Shown piece after piece: positions 18,206 to 25,424 of a stretch of 64,000 nucleotides of DNA. Made by a program: the position numbers and the translations under genes. Source of the stretch: a virus; IMG/VR virus record IMGVR_UViG_3300009008_002419, positions 29,804 through 93,803 of that record; one strand, 5' to 3'. The notes beneath the pieces are model-generated. The model did not search any database. It was not told the DNA's origin and saw nothing but the letters and a program-made list of their open reading frames with translations. Numbering within the stretch: position 1 is the stretch's first letter; each line of letters starts with the position of its first letter.

Positions 18206-18798
18206 TTGATTAAAACCCCAATACCACCATAATATGTATGAGAATTAAATTCAAGTTTTGTACCTTTAAGTTCGTTCCATAATTTACAAGCTTCGGCGTT
18301 TACTGCACGATGATGTGGTGTATCATTAATATCGTGAAAAGCTATAATTCCACCTGGTCGTACTAACGGACCATACATTTCGTAGTCCTGCTTAACTCCT
18401 TCATATGTATGGTCACCGTCAATAAACAAGAAATCTAATTCTGCTACTTTAGTTTTTACTGCTTCGAGGCTTGTAGAGTCATGTGAATTCCCAGCGATAA
18501 GAAAAATTTCCGGCGAAAGGTTCTCTAAATACTCATTTCTTTTTTCATGTACTTTTCCTAAGTAAGGATGATCGTTTAAAACCCACCCTCCATGAATTCC
18601 TCCAGGGAGATCTAGTGAAATTTGTACACCCCCTGATTGGGCTAATTTATTAAAAACATACATAGTCCCTCCAAATTTAGTACCTATTTCCAGAAAATTT
18701 TTGATGTTTTGTTTCTCTAGGAATAAAGCGAAGCTTGTAAATTCATCACGATCTTGAGCCATTCCGATTTGAAAACCTTTATCAATTAATTCATTCAT
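18202..18798 (-). CDS. Class I SAM-dependent methyltransferase (Methyltransf_24-like)
   Basis: LEIGTKFGG, DFLFIDGDHTYEGVKQD, PGGIIAFHD. Confidence 0.92.
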   Translation of the reverse strand: MNELIDKGFQIGMAQDRDEFTSFALFLEKQNIKNFLEIGTKFGGTMYVFNKLAQSGGVQISLDLPGGIHGGWVLNDHPYLGKVHEKRNEYLENLSPEIFLIAGNSHDSTSLEAVKTKVAELDFLFIDGDHTYEGVKQDYEMYGPLVRPGGIIAFHDINDTPHHRAVNAEACKLWNELKGTKLEFNSHTYYGGIGVLIK

Positions 18799-18802
18799 TG
18801 TT

Positions 18803-19627
18803 TTACCTTTTATGAAGCTGTAATGCTAGAAATTTATTTCCTACATATTCAGTCAGTTCTTTGTTTAGTAGACGCGTGATCCTAAGTGCCATGTCTACTT
18901 CTCGACCAATATGGATGTTATCCAGAGTTTGCCGATGATCATTGATCTGTTCTACTTCTGTATAATTTTTATTTTCCCACTTGCTTTGGTAGTCCATTGC
19001 TTCTTGTGATTGTATAGGATTATACCATTCACGGGCAAGATCTCTAAGTGTATTTCTGTTGATTAGCCACCAGTCTCCGTGTAAGTGGGGTATTGTTTCA
19101 ATATCCACTATATTCCACATTTGTGCTATGTGTGGGCAACATTTTCGGTGGTCAATTAAACCGTCGGGCCCTAGTCGGATAGTGTCCACGTATCTTCCCA
19201 TGAGTCCAGCGTTATTGTGTTCTTCAAATTGACTAATTAAATCTGTCGCCCATTTGTCAGCAATAGGCTCAACACCGTCATCAATGTGGAATATAAAATA
19301 TTCATATTTATCTTGTAACTTAGTATCCGTATGCATACAGTGCTTTAAGCTAGCTGTAAATCCACCTGTATTTGGAATATTCCTTATATGTAAATTTTCC
19401 CAGTCATTGGAGTATTTGTCTAACCATCTTAGGAAGTCAGGATGTGTACTGCCAGTATCCATAATATAAATATCAAGATCTTTTTTGCTGAGTCCACTAT
19501 CTAAATTCATATAATTATGAATTACAGTGTTTGTATAATACTCAACTATGTAATCATTTACTCTTCTACCATGCCTTGTATTATCATTTACTAGGTGAGT
19601 AGTTATAAATACAGCTAATTTCTTCAT
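18803..19627 (-). CDS. Putative GT-A fold glycosyltransferase (paralogue of 17426-18205)
   Basis: IMDTGS, IPNTG, FHIDD, HLHG and IGRE motifs. Confidence 0.6.
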   Translation of the reverse strand: MKKLAVFITTHLVNDNTRHGRRVNDYIVEYYTNTVIHNYMNLDSGLSKKDLDIYIMDTGSTHPDFLRWLDKYSNDWENLHIRNIPNTGGFTASLKHCMHTDTKLQDKYEYFIFHIDDGVEPIADKWATDLISQFEEHNNAGLMGRYVDTIRLGPDGLIDHRKCCPHIAQMWNIVDIETIPHLHGDWWLINRNTLRDLAREWYNPIQSQEAMDYQSKWENKNYTEVEQINDHRQTLDNIHIGREVDMALRITRLLNKELTEYVGNKFLALQLHKR

Positions 19628-19971
19628 ACATCAAGTTCTGGTTTTTGTCCCATTATTCGTTCTTCAAGATTAGCTTCATCTTGATCTTCTGGTAATACAG
19701 CAGTTCTTACTTCCTCCAGTACGCGGTAGTTTCCTTCATTTATAACATCATGTAAAAACTTATCTAACTTATTTTTAATATGGCTTCTGGATTCATTAGC
19801 TAATTTTAATCCTCGATAAAGACGGTCAATTAGTTCTAAGTCTTGTGAATCATTGCGCTGTTCAAATTCAATTCTTCTTACAAAGTCTGCTAGTTTAATG
19901 TTTTCAATACATAATCTATCGAGTAAGTGTGAAAATGAATCTACATTTTGTATGTATAGTTTATTTTTCAT
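19624..19971 (-). CDS. Small helical protein (DUF4254-like) in the glycan cluster
   Basis: LLDRLCIENIKL...ANESRSHIKNKLD helical-hairpin pattern. Confidence 0.55.
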   Translation of the reverse strand: MKNKLYIQNVDSFSHLLDRLCIENIKLADFVRRIEFEQRNDSQDLELIDRLYRGLKLANESRSHIKNKLDKFLHDVINEGNYRVLEEVRTAVLPEDQDEANLEERIMGQKPELDV

Positions 19972-19983
19972 AAAGTTTTTCGG

Positions 19984-20835
19984 TTAAATAAATTGTTGAG
20001 CAATATCAATTATTTGTTGTGCAAAATTATCTCGGTTATACTTTTGTACTTTATGGAAACCTTGCTCAGCAATTTGTTCGCGTTCAGCTTCGTGTTCTAA
20101 ATAGTAATTAATTTTATCCTTTGCATCCTGTTTGGAATTAAAAATAACTAGATGCTTGCCATCTTCAAAAATGTCTTGTCGGCCGGTCCAATCTTGAGTT
20201 ATTAGAAAACCTTTGGCTGCTGGGATTTTATACACTCTATCAGAGGCACCATCTGCAGTAACTAGATTTAGATTGATTTTAGATTGACTTACAACCTTTG
20301 AAAAGTTCGTTCCAAAAGCATTACTAAAATGTGTGAAATTTAAGTAGTCTCTGTAATCAGCACGCTGACCATAAATTCCACCAATAAACGATAAGTCATA
20401 TATTTTCTTTAATCCCCAGGGCTTATCAATCAAATGATCAAAACCTTCGACTACGTGATAGCAATGTGGAATGTATCTTTTAATTTTCTGTAAAATATTA
20501 ACTTTATCAATACAAGTAAAAGTTGATACTCTGGCTTTTTGTTCAAATTCTCTGTTCCAGTTACATAATGCATCCATAAACCAAAAACATACAACTGTAT
20601 TTTTTGCCATTTCTTTTATGGCGTCGTTGCTTATACCGTTGCATTTACTCAAAAATATAAGATCTACTTGACGAGAAAGATCAACTAATTCTTGATCTCG
20701 TAAAATATTTCCAATCTGTTTTTCCCGAACTCTGTAATTATATCTTAGAACCTTATGGCCAAGATGTTTAAATCCTCGCGCTTGGCTATTATTTGTTGAA
20801 GTCGTGCTAAATACTGCAACTACTAGTACTTTCAT
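19984..20835 (-). CDS. CgeB-family (GT-B) glycosyltransferase
   Basis: DLSFIG, SKINLN, SDRVYKIPAAKGFLIT, YYLEHEAEREQIAEQG. Confidence 0.88.
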   Translation of the reverse strand: MKVLVVAVFSTTSTNNSQARGFKHLGHKVLRYNYRVREKQIGNILRDQELVDLSRQVDLIFLSKCNGISNDAIKEMAKNTVVCFWFMDALCNWNREFEQKARVSTFTCIDKVNILQKIKRYIPHCYHVVEGFDHLIDKPWGLKKIYDLSFIGGIYGQRADYRDYLNFTHFSNAFGTNFSKVVSQSKINLNLVTADGASDRVYKIPAAKGFLITQDWTGRQDIFEDGKHLVIFNSKQDAKDKINYYLEHEAEREQIAEQGFHKVQKYNRDNFAQQIIDIAQQFI

Positions 20836-21449
20836 TTTTCTGGTTTACCCCTTTGTGGTCCAGTTTGTAGTTTTGTAAAAATACCATCAATCCATATAAT
20901 TTTTCCATTTAAGTGATTAGTTAATTTCTCGATAGCACGAAAATCAGCTGCATGATTTCCGTCCCACAAACCTATTTCTTTGTACTTGGAATGAAAAGCT
21001 GTCCCACAATTAGGAATATCTCCACATGCTAAATGGCTCTCCCAATATAACTGCGGCAAAATAATATGCGGAAATTTTGTTTTCCATACATAAATTGCAT
21101 CCGTATCCTGAATATGAGAGGCAATAATTTCTAACCCTTTCGGACCACAGAATTCATCATCGTCATCCAATGTTATAATCATTCCTTCCTCTACACCCTC
21201 GTACATTTTATTTATGTAGAGGTTGTAGGGAAAATTTCCATTACCTGTATTTGGAACTTCTTTTTCATAAGAGATAATAGTATCAAAAACGGTTAAGAGT
21301 GGTTTAATATATGTTAAATCATTGGGTTCATCACTCCCCACAATAATACGAACATTTTTATAGGTTTGTTTTCGTATGCTTGTAATACAACGTTTAAATG
21401 CTTTAGGGCGCCGCGAGGTTCGTATTAAAATGTTAAATAAAATATTCAA
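20832..21449 (-). CDS. GT2-like glycosyltransferase
   Basis: ILIRTSRRP, SIRKQTYKN, LDDDD, ADF; TTG start. Confidence 0.85.
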   Translation of the reverse strand: MNILFNILIRTSRRPKAFKRCITSIRKQTYKNVRIIVGSDEPNDLTYIKPLLTVFDTIISYEKEVPNTGNGNFPYNLYINKMYEGVEEGMIITLDDDDEFCGPKGLEIIASHIQDTDAIYVWKTKFPHIILPQLYWESHLACGDIPNCGTAFHSKYKEIGLWDGNHAADFRAIEKLTNHLNGKIIWIDGIFTKLQTGPQRGKPEK

Positions 21450-21451
21450 TT

Positions 21452-22150
21452 TTATTTCTTTCGTCGGGATTTAGGTGGTTTTCCATTAAAGGGTTTCGTA
21501 AATTTTTCGTTTTTTGGGGGACCTCCCCATTTTTTAATATAGTAACGTTTATTATTTGTAAAGTTATTATTTAATTTTCTATCTTTTTTAATTGTACAAG
21601 AGTTACGAAAAACAGCAACTTTAAGTAAAGATTGTTCTTTAGCTCCCGGTTTTTCGGCTACAGTGCACCGTCTATCAAAGTCGTTATCTTCGAAATAAGC
21701 AGGAAAAAACTCACTATCAAATGGACCTATATCATAAAATCCTTGTTTAGACACTAAAAAATTTGAAAAACTGGCTTCTCCTAAAATAAAAGGAGCTTTG
21801 GGATTCTGTTTAATTGCCTCGTTAATATCTGAGATTGTGTGCCCTAATACAATATCATCATTTACTAAATATACATAATCCGCCTGAAACTCTCCTTCGC
21901 CCTCTTTAAAAGCTAGCTCCATTATAAAGTTCCAACTATCACTAACTCCTAAGTTTGTTTTTGAATTATGAATGAAACTACGATCCTTAAATTCGGAAGG
22001 AATTAATTTATGTATATTTTGCTTTCCATTATCTACTATTATAATTCTATATAAATCAGACATTGTTTCCACTAAGCCAGCTAAATTTTCTTTTAGAAGA
22101 TCAGCCCTATTAATAGTGGGAATTCCTATAACTATTTTATAATTTTTCAT
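21452..22150 (-). CDS. GT2 glycosyltransferase
   Basis: IIVDNG, NLGVSDSWN, VNDD, IGPFDSEFFPAYFEDND, YYIKKWGG. Probable start ATG at 22150. Confidence 0.88.
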   Translation of the reverse strand: MKNYKIVIGIPTINRADLLKENLAGLVETMSDLYRIIIVDNGKQNIHKLIPSEFKDRSFIHNSKTNLGVSDSWNFIMELAFKEGEGEFQADYVYLVNDDIVLGHTISDINEAIKQNPKAPFILGEASFSNFLVSKQGFYDIGPFDSEFFPAYFEDNDFDRRCTVAEKPGAKEQSLLKVAVFRNSCTIKKDRKLNNNFTNNKRYYIKKWGGPPKNEKFTKPFNGKPPKSRRKK

Positions 22151-22168
22151 GTAAAAGCCGTTTTGAGT

Positions 22169-22206
22169 AAAATCGGGCAGCCCTGCATCCTTCACAGAGC
22201 TGCCCT
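22169..22206 (-). terminator. Rho-independent terminator after the SSB gene
   Basis: GGGCAGCUCUG / CAGGGCUGCCC stem followed by GAUUUU. Confidence 0.7.
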
Positions 22207-22216
22207 AGTTAAAATG

Positions 22217-22645
22217 TTAAGAGAGTAATGCATCCCCTGAAGTAGAGGAATCGTCTGTTTCGATCGGATAGAATCGTGTTATTTTATTCTTAGGCTTACC
22301 ATCAGGAGTGGCATCCTCTTCTAAGTAAGCGCTGGCTCGGGCGCCGTGGAGCTCAAAAGCTAGAGTCTCTTCGTTGATGTCAGTCTTTTCTAAGAGATCC
22401 TGCTTGCCAGCTGCTTTTAAGAAGTTAATCAGGAAGAAATAGGCTTTTTCGATTAAAACAAAGTTATGCCATACCCTCTGATTTTCTCCTAATACTTTAA
22501 AGGTGCATGAAATCATTGTATTGCCAGAGCTTTTGGCCTCTTTAATTTCTGCACTCTCAACTTCAACATCATAACGCCCTTCCTCAAGAGCGGCGAAGTC
22601 GGTAGTTTCAGTGTTCTCATTAATTTCTTTTAAATTCAAATTCAT
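22217..22645 (-). CDS. DUF669-family ssDNA-binding protein
   Basis: LEEGRYDVEVESAE...SGNTMI...FLKAAG; acidic tail; next to a Sak4-like ATPase. Confidence 0.8.
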   Translation of the reverse strand: MNLNLKEINENTETTDFAALEEGRYDVEVESAEIKEAKSSGNTMISCTFKVLGENQRVWHNFVLIEKAYFFLINFLKAAGKQDLLEKTDINEETLAFELHGARASAYLEEDATPDGKPKNKITRFYPIETDDSSTSGDALLS

Positions 22646-22678
22646 CTATTTAGTACGTGTCTCCTGTATTATCGATAA

Positions 22679-23593
22679 TTATTTGAGATCTTTCAGCAGC
22701 ACTGCTGCTTCGTCTTCTTTGAGGTCTAGTAAAGAAGTAACCATATAATCAACTCGAAGCTTTTCTGCTAACGCATCCTTTTTGTCGCTGTCTGCTATTT
22801 TAGCTAGCGCTTCTAATTGTTCTTCAGTTACTCCAGCAGTTTTTATGTTTTTACCTTTAAAAGTAACATCATGATTTCTAGTTGTATAACTATCCATCGC
22901 TTGTTGCTGGTTAATAACCACTGGCTCTCTTTCTAGCTCTTCGTTTCCTATGAATTTAACAAATTCCTCGTAAGTGAATTCGAATTTGTCTGGCATTGTA
23001 TTAGTTCTATCTTTTATCACGGTTGCATAACGTTTTCCATCTTCAGCAACTGATAGTTCTAGCACAACGTCAAATAGGAATGGAAGTTCTTTTGGCCCAT
23101 CTGCTACTAGTCCAATAGCTTTCATAAAATCGCCTTCGGCTTGACTATAAGCAGTCTTAGCTCTGGCAGTGCAGATAATATTCATGTCTAAGGCCAACAG
23201 TTTCTTGATCAATCCTTTAATAGAGGATTTCAAGAAGCCCCAATCTAGTGGTTGTAGGGCGTAGTTAGGATTATTATTTTTTAAGCGCATCCTTTTTAAA
23301 CGCTTATCCTGCATAGTCTCCCAAACGGCAGTAAAAGGATCGATAACAAAGGTTTTATAATCTTTCGGGTCCTTTAGTAATTCATCAATAGCTTTCTCTA
23401 CTTCAGTCGGATCAGAGGTTTGAATTCTATCAAAATCAAATAACTTACCATAATAGTCGGTGCCTTTTTCGGCATCTACTACAGCTAAGTTTGGGAAGTG
23501 GAGAGAAGTGATTGTTTTACCGGTACCACTTTCTCCGTAAATATACATCTTTAATCTTCGTGCTTTCGGTGTTGCTTTTTCAAATAAACTCAT
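22679..23593 (-). CDS. Sak4-like AAA_24 ATPase (phage recombinase)
   Basis: YGESGTGKT Walker A, DAEKG, FVIDP, FDVV, KDR. Confidence 0.85.
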   Translation of the reverse strand: MSLFEKATPKARRLKMYIYGESGTGKTITSLHFPNLAVVDAEKGTDYYGKLFDFDRIQTSDPTEVEKAIDELLKDPKDYKTFVIDPFTAVWETMQDKRLKRMRLKNNNPNYALQPLDWGFLKSSIKGLIKKLLALDMNIICTARAKTAYSQAEGDFMKAIGLVADGPKELPFLFDVVLELSVAEDGKRYATVIKDRTNTMPDKFEFTYEEFVKFIGNEELEREPVVINQQQAMDSYTTRNHDVTFKGKNIKTAGVTEEQLEALAKIADSDKKDALAEKLRVDYMVTSLLDLKEDEAAVLLKDLK

Positions 23594-23605
23594 GTTAGTC
23601 TCAGT

Positions 23606-24268
23606 TTACCACCTTTGTTTGGGTTGGAACGTATAGTTCTTAACTTTTTTGTACACTTCATAAGTTGCTTTTACGTCATCTAAGCAATAATCTGCTATTT
23701 CCTGTATTCGCCCATCTTTATAAGCTTGATAAACATTTTCAGCTTTAACTTCTCCGCCTTTGGGAGATTTAAGTCCAAGAAATTCAGTTGCAACATCAAG
23801 AGAAATAGCGTTTCTCATGTCATAGTCACAAATGACTTGAAATACGTCAAAATGGGGATGCTTTTGAAAGCGCCTTGTATCTAAAAATTGAGAGTTTGTG
23901 GGTAATACGTCATGGAACATTGAGCGTTTTAAGATGTAAGGAACATCAAAACCCAACCCATTATAATGAACAAAGAGTCCTTTATGATGTTTGAGAATAT
24001 CCCACCATGTTTGTAACATAGTTTTCTCATCACCTGTGAGGACTCTTGATACTTCTTCTCCTGTTTCTTTCACCTTCATAATTCCTATGCAGATGATTTC
24101 ACCGAAAAACGGAGAGACTGCCATGATCTTATTTCTTATACCATCATATTCAGATTTATCTGTACTATTTTTGGTGGCTCTTTCAACTTTAGTCTTTAAT
24201 GCATTTTCCTGCGAAGGTAAAAGAGTGCTTTGAGGTATTGTTTCTATATCAAATATTAGTGTATCCAT
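23606..24268 (-). CDS. DnaQ/PolB-type 3'-5' exonuclease
   Basis: FDIET, YNGLGFDVPY, YCLDDV. Confidence 0.9.
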   Translation of the reverse strand: MDTLIFDIETIPQSTLLPSQENALKTKVERATKNSTDKSEYDGIRNKIMAVSPFFGEIICIGIMKVKETGEEVSRVLTGDEKTMLQTWWDILKHHKGLFVHYNGLGFDVPYILKRSMFHDVLPTNSQFLDTRRFQKHPHFDVFQVICDYDMRNAISLDVATEFLGLKSPKGGEVKAENVYQAYKDGRIQEIADYCLDDVKATYEVYKKVKNYTFQPKQRW

Positions 24269-24274
24269 GTGTTG

Positions 24275-24302
24275 AATATAAACTTGTTATGTTAATTGTC
24301 AA
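24275..24302 (-). promoter_or_regulatory. Sigma70-type promoter, probably giving a leaderless mRNA
   Basis: TTGACA-N16-TATATT; only 6 nt separate the -10 box from the ATG at 24268. Confidence 0.7.
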
Positions 24303-24618
24303 CTAAATTGTTATGCATAACAACTAATTTGTCTAATTTTCTTAACAGTTTTAAATTAGGACAATCAACAATAGTAATGGGTTTGCTTTGTCGTACTGCA
24401 TATGTGATAAGTTGGTCTAACATATAGTGTTCCACAACATCAGGCCCAGGTACTATTTTAATTTCTTTCCCTTCGTCAGCTAATAATAGGCAATCATCGT
24501 GAGCATGATATGCTCGTTTTCCTCGCCCAAGTTCTTTATAAGTCTTTGTTATTTTAGTGTCTTTTTCAAATGCAATTTCGAATACAGTAGCCTTATCACT
24601 TGTGATTAATTTAATTAT
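24292..24618 (-). CDS. Hypothetical protein (108 aa) with a non-canonical ATA/ATT start; absent from the ORF track
   Basis: Open frame IIKLITSDKATVFEIAFE...NLVDN* fills the gap; ATA overlaps the upstream TAA; AAGGTGGT lies upstream. Confidence 0.6.
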   Translation of the reverse strand: MIKLITSDKATVFEIAFEKDTKITKTYKELGRGKRAYHAHDDCLLLADEGKEIKIVPGPDVVEHYMLDQLITYAVRQSKPITIVDCPNLKLLRKLDKLVVMHNNLVDN

Positions 24619-25424
24619 TCTATTACCACCTTTGTGGGGCTATCTGGTTTCGCTATAACGAATTTATCGGTATAGTCAGGAAATTCTTGCTCAATTTTAC
24701 TTTGTACAAGCTCAGGACTGTTTGTGTTTTTACTTAAATGTCCAAAGATAATCTTTTGTACTTTGTCTAAATCAATGTTATTTTTTACAAACTCAATTGC
24801 CTGATTAGAGCTTAAATGCCCAGTTGCGCTTTTTATTCGTTCTTTCAACTCAATTGAATAATCAGCGTTCTTTTCAATCTCGTCTTCATCGTAGTCAGCC
24901 TCAATAAAATAGGCATCGCAGTCTTGCAATGCCTCTCTTATCACAGGAGTAATCATTCCTGTATCTGTTAAGTAGCCAAACTTTGGTCCCTTGGGGTATT
25001 GTTCAATAACAAAGCCTAAACTATATTCTGAATCATGTTTAGTGCTAAATGAAGTTACAGTCAAGTCGTGGCCAATCGCATACTTAGTCCCAGGTTTTTG
25101 CATCAGAAAAGTTTTCGATTCTTGAACTCGCGGTAGCTTTTCTTTTTTAGCCTCATATACTTTTTCATGTATATAAACCATTGGATGCTGTCTTTCAGAA
25201 TATTGAGCACAAATGACATCTAAACCTTTAATATGGTCACTATGCCCATGTGTAATAAATATTGCGTCGGGAATATTAGTACCATGTCTAAGAGAGACTG
25301 ACTCTTTGAACTCATTAAATTTTCTAACTCCTATTCCTGCATCAATAATAAGGTTTGTCGTTTCAGTAGTAATTTGAGTGCTATTACCTGAACTACTGCT
25401 TACCATAAAATTTAAGACCATCAT
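24615..25424 (-). CDS. Metallo-beta-lactamase-fold nuclease (YycJ/WalJ-like)
   Basis: SSSSGN, IDAG, THGHSDHIKG, TDTG, IEADYD, GHLSS, GHLSKNTN. Confidence 0.9.
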   Translation of the reverse strand: MMVLNFMVSSSSGNSTQITTETTNLIIDAGIGVRKFNEFKESVSLRHGTNIPDAIFITHGHSDHIKGLDVICAQYSERQHPMVYIHEKVYEAKKEKLPRVQESKTFLMQKPGTKYAIGHDLTVTSFSTKHDSEYSLGFVIEQYPKGPKFGYLTDTGMITPVIREALQDCDAYFIEADYDEDEIEKNADYSIELKERIKSATGHLSSNQAIEFVKNNIDLDKVQKIIFGHLSKNTNSPELVQSKIEQEFPDYTDKFVIAKPDSPTKVVIE

